The notes below the pieces were generated by a model. It made no database searches. It saw only the letters and a program-made list of their open reading frames with translations, and had not been told where the DNA came from. The translations under genes and the position numbers were made by a program. A stretch of DNA of 52,671 bases from an uncultured bacterium (GTDB lineage Bacteria > Patescibacteriota > JACMRA01). Positions 10,030-20,015 of the stretch are shown piece by piece. How positions within the stretch are numbered: position 1 is the first letter of the stretch; the number at the start of each line of letters is the position of its first letter. The stretch spans positions 1-52,671 of the forward strand of contig CAWAQU010000001.1 in assembly GCA_963784355.1 (NCBI GenBank). The letters run 5' to 3'.

Positions 10030-10485
10030 ATGCAAACAACAATTAATAACATGAACAAGATTGAGTTCTCAATAGAAATACACACTTCAGCTGAAAAAGT
10101 CTGGAATACTCTTTGGGAAGACAAAACATTTCGTGAATGGTCAAACATTATTGATGAGGGGACTTATATGAAGGGTGAGCTAAGGGAAGGAGGTGAAATT
10201 GAGTTTATTTCCGGCAATTCAGGTTATGGAGTAACCAGCTTGGTAGAAAAACTCATACCAGGAGAATTCTTGCTACTTAGGCATAAGGCAGATACCCAGG
10301 ATGTCGGCGCAAGAGAGCGTGCAAGTGAGTGGACAGGTGGAGCAGAGACTTATTCCTTAAGCCAAAAAGGTGATCTTACCATTTTAAGTACAGTATTTGA
10401 TGTTCCAGCTACTCAAGAGGAGTATTTTCGAAACACATACCCAAAAGCATTAGCAAAGATTAAACTTCTAGCTGAGAATAATTAA
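10030..10485 (+). CDS. SRPBCC (START/AHA1-like) domain protein
   Basis: IEI..SAEKVW..LW...TFREW...YPKALAKIK pattern; paralogous to 16241..16690. Confidence 0.85.
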   Translation: MQTTINNMNKIEFSIEIHTSAEKVWNTLWEDKTFREWSNIIDEGTYMKGELREGGEIEFISGNSGYGVTSLVEKLIPGEFLLLRHKADTQDVGARERASEWTGGAETYSLSQKGDLTILSTVFDVPATQEEYFRNTYPKALAKIKLLAENN

Positions 10486-10546
10486 CCTCCAAGCCGTTTA
10501 CTTTACCAACATGCCAGAGTGGTAGCAAATAAACAGATTTTACTCG

Positions 10547-11068
10547 TTAATATTTCCCTGGATTTAAAACTACATAGCAATTTACTATTTTTAACGGTGG
10601 ACAATTATCAACTCTCGTTAGTTTTATACTATAGTCTGATAAAAAGTCCTGTACCTTCAAGCAATCATCTACAGATATTATATTGTCTCTATGTACACTC
10701 TTTAAGCCCAAAAGTAGCTCTTCCCTACCCTTTTTGACAGCAGCATTTTTATTCGGAGCAACGTAAAAACCTATTTCATGTTGTTCAATTAAATTACCTG
10801 ATATATAACCACCGAGATTGATAGCATACAAGTGATTTTCCTCTTTTTCAGTCTGAGTATTAGGAATTAGCTCTACTTCATATCCATCCACAAAATCTAA
10901 CTGAATGTAACCGTCAATATGTAGGCCATCTTGTTTACCAAACCACAATTTTCCTAGCTGATCATGAGTATCTTGAATAGTTTCTCCTACTGCAAAAACC
11001 AAATCGTGTAATTCAATGTAAGCTTTTTCTGCGCCCCCACCCAAATACACTGCAAATAAATGTTTCAT
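10547..11068 (-). CDS. DUF1543-domain protein
   Basis: LFAVYLGG..IELHD, WFG...GLHID and INLGGY...EQH...VHRD tandem motif. Confidence 0.85.
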   Translation of the reverse strand: MKHLFAVYLGGGAEKAYIELHDLVFAVGETIQDTHDQLGKLWFGKQDGLHIDGYIQLDFVDGYEVELIPNTQTEKEENHLYAINLGGYISGNLIEQHEIGFYVAPNKNAAVKKGREELLLGLKSVHRDNIISVDDCLKVQDFLSDYSIKLTRVDNCPPLKIVNCYVVLNPGKY

Positions 11069-11166
11069 AGTAATGTAAAGATCGAAGTAAGGCATGTAGT
11101 CAATTCAAAAACTTTGACAATTATGCTTAAATAGGTTAGAAAAGCTCTATTACTCAACTGAATTAT

Positions 11167-14034
11167 ATGTGGTATTTAATTTTAGCGGCTGTAGCTGTCT
11201 ACCTTCCAATTGCGGGACTTATTTTTACAATACAATTGATAGTCAAAGCATCAAGCAAATACGGACCCAAATTAAATAAATCTCAACTAAAAAACATTTT
11301 AGAGAATTTGCAGAAAGGTGGGTTTAGCGATCTAAAAGAAGTAATTCAATATTTAAATTCAGCCAATGCGCCCTCAGATATAAAACAAGGTCAACTGAGA
11401 AAACCTATAGATTTAAGTAAAATAGCTGAAACCCCAATGCAGTCAAAAACTTTCGATATTGGACAAAGTACCACATTAAAACCTGACACATTAGAGACCA
11501 AGGCTACTATTCAGACTAGTTCCAATTCTGATTCAGACCATAATATAAAAACTCAGGCTAAAGCTATTATAGAAAAAATTGCAAGTGAAAGAATGGATTC
11601 TGCCTCTGCTCTATTATATGTAGGTGCTGGATTAGTAATTATTGGAGCACTTGCCTTAGTTGCTTTTAACTGGCAAAATTTTACAGATTTGATCAAGGGG
11701 TTGTTGATAATTGTTTTGACTTTAAGCTTCTATGTTGCAGGCATATTTACTTTAAATAATCCCCGAGTTAGAAGTGTAGGTTTTAGCTTGATTGCAATTG
11801 CTTCAGTATTGTTGGCTTTAACTGGTGTTGGACTATGGAATTTTGGTATACAAACAAACTGGCCGGGCAATTTTCAAAGTTATTGGTTGATTTACTCTCT
11901 TGGTTTAGCAGTAGTTTACTCACTTACAGCCAAATTTACTAATAGAAACAACTACAACTACTTTTTCCTTGCTGCAGTTTATAGTTTTATTATTTCTTTA
12001 TCACTAACTCTTACTAATGATAATAATTTTCGTATAGTCATTATCGCTGTTTTAAATTTAGCTTTGTATCTATCACAGAAATTTTTTGGCACTCTTACAA
12101 CTACAGTACGCTACACGGCTACAATTTTGAACCAGCTACTGAGCTTGGGAATTATTTTGGTGGTTTATAATAATATTTTTGATATCAGGTCAAACAACTT
12201 ACAATGGACAGCTATTATAGCGATGCTTATTCCAACAATCTTTAATCTATGGGCACATTTTGTTGAAAAAGGAAAATCACTTGGTTTTGAGGGACAAATT
12301 GCCTTAATAGCTTTATGTTTTAAATTATTACTGGTAGGAGCTATATTTGAATTTAACGCTCTCAACTATTGTATCAGCTTCTTAGCATATTCTGCTGTAT
12401 TAATCATAGCCAAGTACTTTGTTTTGAAGCCAAAAGGAGATGGCTTAGATAAGATTGCAAGTAGCTTAATTTATTTACAAACTGTTGGGGTAGTCTTTGT
12501 GCAAATTGTGGCTTTTTCAAAAATTACAAACTTTGACAGTCTAAATTCTACCACTCAATTAATTGTTTTAACTCTTTGCTGGCTGATGCTGTCTACAACT
12601 ACAATTTTAGATAAAGTACCAAATGCACTTCAGGCAGTCAACTTATTATTGGTAGTTATCTTTAATCGGCTACTTTTAAATATTAAACCTGATGCAGATA
12701 ATGAATTGCTGGCTTGGGGGAATTTTGCTTTTGCTACTATTGGATTCGGTTTGAGTTATTTACTAAATCAGTTTAAATCTATTTGGAGGCACATAATGAT
12801 TAGCCCGGCTATTTTTGCGATTTTAATTAGCATGATAATCAGCATACTGAGTGACAACAATTGGCTTGCGATCTGGATTTTTGGCTTGAGCTGTCTTGCT
12901 GTAAGTATACAGGCTAGATTTAACAAACTTTCTCAGGTTAGTTTTATAGGATTTGTATTGGAAATCGTTACTCTTTTTTATGCTTGGAATTTGATGATGC
13001 ATTACAATCTTATAAATTCAGAAAACATACTTAAATTTGTCTATTTAGTTTTAGTTATCATTATTTTACACACTATATTAGCAGATTTTGAATTTAAAAA
13101 TGAAACCCTAAGATTGCAAAATTTAATTGCCAAATATACTTTAGCAGGAGGATTAATTGCTCTAAGTTTGGATTATCAGTATGGTGTTTTACCTTTGATA
13201 CTTGCAGTTTTATTTATTATAAATTTATATCTTTTCATCAGACGCAGATTAACCGGCTTTATTTACATTTTGTTCGGTTTGAGTATTTGGTTAAATTTTG
13301 AAATGGCACACAATTTTGATTTTCAACTTTGGCAATCTTTAGCAGGCCATGGCTTTTTGTTGATAATTTGGCAATTACTTGGTTCGGATTTAGTAAAAAT
13401 TGGTTTAATAGATAAAGAAAAAGAGGCTATACAAAAATTGGCCACAGGATCCGGTTTTATACTTTTATTGGTCCTGCTAAACTATGTTAGTTATATTCCT
13501 AATATTTATTATACTTTAGCAATATTATTCACTACCGCAAGTCTGTCTATAGCTTCTATAAAGCGGCCCTTACTCCAATATCTTAGTGGACTTGGGCTAG
13601 TTTTGATGTGTTGGAACTTTGCTAGAGTTTATGATCTAAATAGTCAATTCTACGTCGTCCCGGTAACTATCTATTTACTTATAGTATCATATTTGATGTA
13701 CAGGAGGAAGCAATCCAATGCTAGAACTTTAGAGATTATAGGCTACAATTGGCAGTTGGCAACATTATTAATTCAATCATTGCCAAGTACAATGGAAGGA
13801 ATATACTATAGCTTAGCTCTAATAGGTTTGTCAGTTTGTTTATTTGTATTCGGATTATTTAGAAAAAATAAATTAATTACTTATATTGCTTTTGGGTATT
13901 TATTAATTGGTTTATTTATTCGCTTATACATTGTTTTGTTACAAATTCCATGGTATCTTTATCTACTATTTATCGGTATCGGATTAATTATAGCAGCAAT
14001 TTGGTGGACTAATCAGAGAAATAAAAAGATATAA
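11167..14034 (+). CDS. Large polytopic membrane protein (DUF2157/DUF2339-like)
   Basis: 955 aa with more than 20 hydrophobic segments; LLYVGAGLVIIGALALVAFNW motif. Confidence 0.75.
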   Translation: MWYLILAAVAVYLPIAGLIFTIQLIVKASSKYGPKLNKSQLKNILENLQKGGFSDLKEVIQYLNSANAPSDIKQGQLRKPIDLSKIAETPMQSKTFDIGQSTTLKPDTLETKATIQTSSNSDSDHNIKTQAKAIIEKIASERMDSASALLYVGAGLVIIGALALVAFNWQNFTDLIKGLLIIVLTLSFYVAGIFTLNNPRVRSVGFSLIAIASVLLALTGVGLWNFGIQTNWPGNFQSYWLIYSLGLAVVYSLTAKFTNRNNYNYFFLAAVYSFIISLSLTLTNDNNFRIVIIAVLNLALYLSQKFFGTLTTTVRYTATILNQLLSLGIILVVYNNIFDIRSNNLQWTAIIAMLIPTIFNLWAHFVEKGKSLGFEGQIALIALCFKLLLVGAIFEFNALNYCISFLAYSAVLIIAKYFVLKPKGDGLDKIASSLIYLQTVGVVFVQIVAFSKITNFDSLNSTTQLIVLTLCWLMLSTTTILDKVPNALQAVNLLLVVIFNRLLLNIKPDADNELLAWGNFAFATIGFGLSYLLNQFKSIWRHIMISPAIFAILISMIISILSDNNWLAIWIFGLSCLAVSIQARFNKLSQVSFIGFVLEIVTLFYAWNLMMHYNLINSENILKFVYLVLVIIILHTILADFEFKNETLRLQNLIAKYTLAGGLIALSLDYQYGVLPLILAVLFIINLYLFIRRRLTGFIYILFGLSIWLNFEMAHNFDFQLWQSLAGHGFLLIIWQLLGSDLVKIGLIDKEKEAIQKLATGSGFILLLVLLNYVSYIPNIYYTLAILFTTASLSIASIKRPLLQYLSGLGLVLMCWNFARVYDLNSQFYVVPVTIYLLIVSYLMYRRKQSNARTLEIIGYNWQLATLLIQSLPSTMEGIYYSLALIGLSVCLFVFGLFRKNKLITYIAFGYLLIGLFIRLYIVLLQIPWYLYLLFIGIGLIIAAIWWTNQRNKKI

Positions 14035-14228
14035 GGATAAATTTTAACGCTTAGAGTTGTGGGGCTTAGCCTCATATGCTTACTATACGTTTACCACTTT
14101 AAGCAGCAATTTACTGGATAAATCGGAAGCGTGATTAGTAAAAATACCTTGACAGTCGAGCATGGTTTCTTTAAAGTTTGAGTACCCTTCAGATACATTT
14201 GAAGGAATTTAAAACCTAAATATTAATT

Positions 14229-14480
14229 ATGATTACGAATTCAAACAAAATATTATTGGCAAACAGTAATGGAAATGGGTCTTCTAAAACAGGACTTGCA
14301 AGTGCATCTAAAAAGACAAGACAAGAAGTAGCTAGCAAAGGCGGAAAAACATCTCAATCCAATGGAAGCGCACACCGTTTTAGCTCTGAAGAAGCATCAA
14401 AAGCGGGTCAAAAGGGTGGTCAAAATAGTCACTCTGGAGGTAGGAAAAAAGAAAATGACAACAATGAAAATGAAGAATAA
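14229..14480 (+). CDS. KGG-repeat general stress protein (YciG/GsiB-like)
   Basis: GLAS.....RQEVASKGG and AHRFSSEEASKAGQKGG. Confidence 0.85.
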   Translation: MITNSNKILLANSNGNGSSKTGLASASKKTRQEVASKGGKTSQSNGSAHRFSSEEASKAGQKGGQNSHSGGRKKENDNNENEE

Positions 14481-14504
14481 GTGATTTTTAGAGAGATTAT
14501 ACCT

Positions 14505-14529
14505 AGCCGCTCCACATGGGGCGGTTTTT
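14505..14529 (+). terminator. Intrinsic terminator
   Basis: AGCCGCTCC-ACAT-GGGGCGGTT plus T run. Confidence 0.8.
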
Positions 14530-14656
14530 ATATATCAAAATTCGGTAAAAGTTTTTTACAAAATAGCAATTAATAGATAACAAAAAAACCAGCCGAGAGT
14601 AATTCATCAGCTGGGAAATTCAAAATCAATCAATTTGCTAAGTAGCAAAGACAATT

Positions 14657-15001
14657 TTAACGGCGATTGGATAGAAACTGTTGAATTTTTTTGGATTGCT
14701 CCTGTAAAGTTATAGATGGCGTAACCTTAATTGGCTGTCCATCTAGATCGTTACTAATTCCATAAGTACCATCAGTAAAACGGCAGGTCCACCAACCAAA
14801 GCGATTATTGAGGTATATAGACTGTATCCATGTTTTAGTAATAGTGTTTTTAGAGCATACAGGAATGTAATAGCCAGGTTCGGCCATTACTTTCATATTA
14901 AGTTCTAACACTGAACGCTCAATACGAGCGTATTCAACTTGAAAATTTGGAGCTGAGACTTGGGCAACCAAAGTGGACGCAAGTACTAAATCGAACAACA
15001 T
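14657..15001 (-). CDS. Small secreted hypothetical protein
   Basis: Signal-like N-terminus, a Cys pair, AAGGAA upstream of ATG 15001, TTGACA promoter at ~15070. Confidence 0.65.
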   Translation of the reverse strand: MLFDLVLASTLVAQVSAPNFQVEYARIERSVLELNMKVMAEPGYYIPVCSKNTITKTWIQSIYLNNRFGWWTCRFTDGTYGISNDLDGQPIKVTPSITLQEQSKKIQQFLSNRR

Positions 15002-15169
15002 AGCTGTTTTCCTTTTTTGTAACAACAAAAGCCTAACTTAAGTGATAGCATACTTTTTAACTCATGTCAATTTTTACAAGTGACCAATTTGCTAAACTCC
15101 ACAATCTATATCCTACCCTTTACAACATTCAATTTAATTTATTTAATCAACAATAAACAAAACATATTT

Positions 15170-15739
15170 ATGTCCAAAATTACCTCATCAATATTTATCA
15201 CTTTAGATGGTTTTGCAGCTAGTAAAGATCACAACATCAGTTGGTTTCCCGTTAATCAAGAATTTTTCGATTACGCCGGTATACTTACCGATAATAGTGA
15301 TACTGCAATTTACGGACGCAAAACTTTTGAAATGATGGACCAATATTGGCCAACTGCAGCGCAAGAACCAGACGCAGGAGAGCACGAAATCCAGCATGGC
15401 AATTGGTACAATGCAGCACGAAAAATAGTTTTTTCCAATTCTTTATCAAAAGATGATCGAGCAGATCTGCTTATTCTAGATAATAGTTCAGTAAAAGAAA
15501 TACGTGAAATCAAGAAATACAATTCCAAGGATATGGTAATTTTTGGTAGCCCCACTATCGTAAACTTGCTTACAAACTTGGACTTGATTGATGAATATTA
15601 CATTTTTGTAGCTCCTATTATTTTAGGTGACGGAATACCTCTATTTGAAAAAATACAAAAGACAAAAAATTTAGAACTTTTGGAATCCAAACAATTAGAA
15701 ACCGGAGTCATGATGTTGCACTACAAAAAAATTAATTAA
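15170..15739 (+). CDS. Dihydrofolate reductase / RibD C-terminal family protein
   Basis: ITLDGF, YGRKTF, GSPTIV and LIDEY..FVAPIILGDGIPLF motifs. Confidence 0.88.
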   Translation: MSKITSSIFITLDGFAASKDHNISWFPVNQEFFDYAGILTDNSDTAIYGRKTFEMMDQYWPTAAQEPDAGEHEIQHGNWYNAARKIVFSNSLSKDDRADLLILDNSSVKEIREIKKYNSKDMVIFGSPTIVNLLTNLDLIDEYYIFVAPIILGDGIPLFEKIQKTKNLELLESKQLETGVMMLHYKKIN

Positions 15740-15747
15740 ATATATTT

Positions 15748-16167
15748 ATGTCTAACGCAATTACAATACAAACAACGGTTAATACCCCAGTTTCAAAAGT
15801 TTGGGAGTATTTTAATAATCCTGAGCACGTCACCAAATGGAATCAAGCTAGTGAAGATTGGGAATGCCCAAAAGGTACAAATGATTTACAGGTTGGTGGC
15901 GAATTCGTATACACAATGGCTGCAAAAGATGGCAGCGTAAGTTTTGATTTTGGAGGCACATATACTGATGTAAAAGAATTTGAAAAAATCAGTTATGTAA
16001 TGGCCGATGGAAGAAAAGTTGATGTTACATTTAAAGAAGTCGATGGAAAAACTGAAATTGTTGAAACTTTTGATCCTGAAACTGAAAATTCACTAGAAAT
16101 GCAAAGAGCTGGATGGCAGTCAATATTGGATAATTTCAAAAAGTACTCCGAAAGTCAAAATCAGTAA
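15748..16167 (+). CDS. SRPBCC/AHSA1-like protein
   Basis: WNQASEDWECP, MAAKDGSVSFDF and QRAGWQSILDNFK motifs. Confidence 0.9.
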   Translation: MSNAITIQTTVNTPVSKVWEYFNNPEHVTKWNQASEDWECPKGTNDLQVGGEFVYTMAAKDGSVSFDFGGTYTDVKEFEKISYVMADGRKVDVTFKEVDGKTEIVETFDPETENSLEMQRAGWQSILDNFKKYSESQNQ

Positions 16168-16187
16168 ATTATATCATACCAAGCATT

Positions 16188-16220
16188 AAAATTAGCCCTT
16201 TTTAGGGGGCTTTTGTTTTT
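16188..16220. terminator. Probable bidirectional terminator between convergent SRPBCC genes
   Basis: AGCCCTT-TTT-AGGGGGCT stem flanked by A-rich and T-rich sequence. Confidence 0.65.
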
Positions 16221-16240
16221 GATTAACTGCAATAGTTTAA

Positions 16241-16690
16241 TTACTTTTCGCAAATTTCTTTCAATTTTTCCATAGCTTTTGGCCAGGTTTCATCAAAATA
16301 AGGTATAAAATCTGCAGGAGCATCAAGCTCAGCTAAAAACTCCGTAGTACCATTTATATCTTTTAAGGTATAATTTTCAAATGCCGGATATTGGTAATTT
16401 GAAGCATCAACACTTCCATTTTCTTTTTCCCTTTTGATTTCACTAAGATGTTTGATAGACAAAAATTCGTAGGGCCTGCTTTCGGCAATTTCGCTTATCA
16501 GTCCACCTTCAACTCCATCATTATCTACCCCTACAAACCTCATTTGACTACCTTCAGACCAATCTCCCTCAACTCGACTATCAGGTGAAAAAGGTGCAGT
16601 CCATAAAGGATAAGTTTCTTTACCAATAATAGTTTCCCAAACTTTTTTGCCAGGTGCATTAATTACGATTGTGTATTGTATTTTTTTCAT
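16241..16690 (-). CDS. SRPBCC domain protein
   Basis: INAP.KKVW...W..PF....EGDW.EGS...WPKAMEKLKEICE. Confidence 0.88.
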   Translation of the reverse strand: MKKIQYTIVINAPGKKVWETIIGKETYPLWTAPFSPDSRVEGDWSEGSQMRFVGVDNDGVEGGLISEIAESRPYEFLSIKHLSEIKREKENGSVDASNYQYPAFENYTLKDINGTTEFLAELDAPADFIPYFDETWPKAMEKLKEICEK

Positions 16691-16710
16691 AGAAATTTAA
16701 TTTTAAATAT

Positions 16711-17187
16711 TTATTCCTGATTATAGGCTTTTTTTAGTTCCTCAATATCGAGCTTACCCATTTTCATCATAGCTTGAGCCACTCTTCCAGCTTTTACAGG
16801 GTCTTTATCACCCATCATTTCACCCAAAGCTTTTGGTACGATTTGCCAAGATAGACCATACCTATCTTTCAGCCAACCACATGGTCCGGGCTGACCACCA
16901 TCGGCAGTTAGCTTGTCCCATAAATTATCAACTTCAGCTTGGTCTTCACAGTCTATTAAAAAAGAAACCGCTTCTGTAAATTTATATTCAGGACCGCCGT
17001 TTAAAGCGTTAAATACTTGGCCATTTAGCTCAAAAGAGATTGTCATAACAGTACCTTCAGGCAGGGGCATGTTTTTACCGTACCTAGATACCTTGCCAAT
17101 TTTGGAATTTTCAAAAAGTGAAGTATAGAAATGTGCAGCTTCTTCAGCCTGATTATCAAACCAAAGAAAGGGTGTAATTTTTTGCAT
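16711..17187 (-). CDS. VOC-family protein (3-demethylubiquinone-9 methyltransferase-like)
   Basis: QKITPFLWFD.QAEEA, LNGGP and CGWLKDRYGLSWQIVP motifs. Confidence 0.92.
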   Translation of the reverse strand: MQKITPFLWFDNQAEEAAHFYTSLFENSKIGKVSRYGKNMPLPEGTVMTISFELNGQVFNALNGGPEYKFTEAVSFLIDCEDQAEVDNLWDKLTADGGQPGPCGWLKDRYGLSWQIVPKALGEMMGDKDPVKAGRVAQAMMKMGKLDIEELKKAYNQE

Positions 17188-17543
17188 AATAAAATAATAT
17201 TTATATTTAGAATATCAGCTTCAAGAGTTGTTTCAAATTAATTGTCAAGCATAAGCAAAAAATATTTTTTGATAAAATCTACACTAGTACTACACATAAG
17301 TGGCAAAACCCATACCTAATAAATCAACTTATTAGCTCAATTTATCTATATATTTGTCACAATTATGATAATCTCATTATCCTCTTAATCAAATTATTTT
17401 TAGAAATAAATACTACAGGGATTGAAAACCTTATTGACAAAGCAGGAAAAAGGTAATCTTTTAGCTAGGTTAAGAACAATATTTGCACTAAATCTTATTA
17501 AGAGCTATAATTATTTAATAATAAAAATAAAAACAGAAGTGTA

Positions 17544-19199
17544 ATGTCCTTTGGTATTGAAAAAAAAATTGAACTTAAAAAGCCGGAAAAACCGATTTTA
17601 GGCAAAGCACCTCACTTATTCGAAATACCATCAGAAGAACTCAAAGGTAAAGTAGTGCTTAAAATACCTGTAGATAATTGGCCTAAGCTAAATAGTAATT
17701 CTGAGGGTAATAAAACTAATTATGAGGAAGTTTATCAGAATTCAAGTGAAGATTATAAATATATTAAAGTTTCGGAACTGGAATACCGCCGAGTGCTTGA
17801 AAAATTTTTAAAAGACTGTAAAAGAGCAATTCTGCAACAAATTAATGCCCTGCAAATTAATGCTTTAAGATCGGAAGTTGAATTTGACGAGGAAAAATAT
17901 AACGAGTTGGCGGGAAATTTAAATCTTATAAAAGCTTTTAAAGAAAAGTCGCATTATATTTCAGAACAAGAAATGGAAAAGGCTTATGAAACTATTGCAT
18001 TTGATTGTTTAATGAAAGTAAAAAGGGGTGAAAGCGTAATTATTAGCTGCCAAGAACGAAGTGAGCTTTATATAACTATTCAAGTACTCAGAAAAATTGA
18101 AGACCTACTCAACAAGAAAATTCCTAATGGCGAAAACAAGCAAGAGATAATTAGGCAATATAAAGAAAAAATAAAATTTGCTATAGGTGATTATGATACT
18201 ATATTAAAATATATTCAACATAAGTCAAATCTAAATAAGTTCAATTTAATTCTTCTAGACGATGGTGTTTATTCCGATAACTTAAATCGCTATATTGATA
18301 GCACGGTAAACCACATAATAAACTCCAAAGAACTTCCCTCAAACTTAGCAAATAAAATAAATGTTGAACCGGTCGTAATTGCGGCAATTCTTGAAAAAAA
18401 TGAAAGAACCAGTAATAGACACCAACCTAAAATTATTTATGGTCTGGAATCCTTACCTAAAGAATCAATACCTGCCAAAACAATTCTGTTTAACCAAATT
18501 TCTTCATCAAACTATTTTCAAGATTTACTTAAAAAATTAAGTGAGAGCACAGGAATATCTACCCCTTTTCATGCATCTCGCGTAAATGGATTATACGACA
18601 AGCCCGATAGAGGTGATCTTTCAAAGCAAAATTTTATTAATCCAGACTTTCAAAGAGATTATGTGCAAATGCAAAAATATGAATTGAATGAAAAAAACTA
18701 TAATTTAGTAAGTATTAGTCAAATGCCGAAAAATTACCGTGATACTATGAAAAAATTTGAAGCATTAGACCCAAATTTATCTTTTGAACTTATAAAGTTT
18801 TACGAAATTATGAGGAATACTGATAAAAATATTTTTGATTCTTTATTAATTCGTTTTGATCAAATTTTGTTTCCGTCTGAAATACACCTACTAAAAGAAG
18901 CAAGGGGGGAATCAGTTGAAGTTTTAGCTCAACATTTATCAGAAACTGCTTTGAGCTCTCCAATTGTATCCCAGTTGTCCAAAGTAATTACGTCAAAGAT
19001 TCCTAGAGATATTGTCCAAATGCAGTTATGGATTGCAGAATTAATTGCTGAATGTGATGTTGCGTCACGAAAATATATTTATGGAAGTAAGCAACACTAT
19101 TTCTATAAAAACACTTGTGATATGCTCAAAGGAATAAAAGTAGATAAAAAGGGAAATATTTCATTCGGAATAAGCTTTCCTAAATCACCTGAGACTTAA
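17544..19199 (+). CDS. Hypothetical protein with a possible degenerate PRTase-like motif
   Basis: 551-aa ORF; YISEQEM..., RSELY and LILLDDGVYS segments. Confidence 0.65.
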   Translation: MSFGIEKKIELKKPEKPILGKAPHLFEIPSEELKGKVVLKIPVDNWPKLNSNSEGNKTNYEEVYQNSSEDYKYIKVSELEYRRVLEKFLKDCKRAILQQINALQINALRSEVEFDEEKYNELAGNLNLIKAFKEKSHYISEQEMEKAYETIAFDCLMKVKRGESVIISCQERSELYITIQVLRKIEDLLNKKIPNGENKQEIIRQYKEKIKFAIGDYDTILKYIQHKSNLNKFNLILLDDGVYSDNLNRYIDSTVNHIINSKELPSNLANKINVEPVVIAAILEKNERTSNRHQPKIIYGLESLPKESIPAKTILFNQISSSNYFQDLLKKLSESTGISTPFHASRVNGLYDKPDRGDLSKQNFINPDFQRDYVQMQKYELNEKNYNLVSISQMPKNYRDTMKKFEALDPNLSFELIKFYEIMRNTDKNIFDSLLIRFDQILFPSEIHLLKEARGESVEVLAQHLSETALSSPIVSQLSKVITSKIPRDIVQMQLWIAELIAECDVASRKYIYGSKQHYFYKNTCDMLKGIKVDKKGNISFGISFPKSPET

Positions 19200-19277
19200 A
19201 GCTACAAAAATAGCTTAGCTTACTGATAACAGGCTCAATGTTTGTCATTTATTAGATAATATGCTATAATTAAATAC

Positions 19278-19817
19278 GTGAATAATAACAAAGATTTACC
19301 TCCAAATAACAAGAAACAACCTTTACTTAATAAAATAATATCGCCTCTTATATCACTTTTTAAAGTTCAGAAAAATATTGATACTGAAAAAACAAGCTCT
19401 GAATCATTTCTTGAAGATATAGATGTAAAAAAAGCTGATTTAGATATAATTTATAAAGATTTTGTTCAAAAATCCCCTGCATTTGGAATTTGGCATGACA
19501 AGAGCCTGAAAGATTTTGAAGATTTTATTGATAAACTTCCTTTTAGTTTTGGTCCTGAAAAACCAATTTATAAACTTTTAATTGATATTAGAAATAATCC
19601 TGCCAGATATACTGATTTAACTGAAAACCTTAATCTTATACATTATAATACCCAAAAACCTTTGCCTTATGACGGGAATCATAGAATATTCTATCAAATT
19701 TTATGTGGTGAGTGGAAGTTGATTTTAGAGAAAGTATATCTAGATAATAAGCCTATTAAAGACAATCTTATAATAAAATCTCAGTTTGAAAAAGCTGTTA
19801 GAAGTTTAGAATTGTAA
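19278..19817 (+). CDS. Hypothetical protein with a ParB/Srx-like DGNHR motif
   Basis: YDGNHRI; promoter TTGTCA-17-TATAAT (extended TG) 7 nt before the GTG. Confidence 0.6.
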   Translation: MNNNKDLPPNNKKQPLLNKIISPLISLFKVQKNIDTEKTSSESFLEDIDVKKADLDIIYKDFVQKSPAFGIWHDKSLKDFEDFIDKLPFSFGPEKPIYKLLIDIRNNPARYTDLTENLNLIHYNTQKPLPYDGNHRIFYQILCGEWKLILEKVYLDNKPIKDNLIIKSQFEKAVRSLEL

Positions 19818-20015
19818 AACTATCTAAATAGCGCGGGGACACTCATTAGTAGCCAGAGAATTAGTTTAGAATTATAGTACCTCCTACAGATAGAATTATG
19901 GAGGTTAGAATCCAGTTATGTTTTTTGGGTTGATTATATATATTGTTAGTCATATGTTCTATTTTTATTTGTTTTCAAATTTTAAGAACTATGCGAACAA
20001 AATGTCAATATAAAT

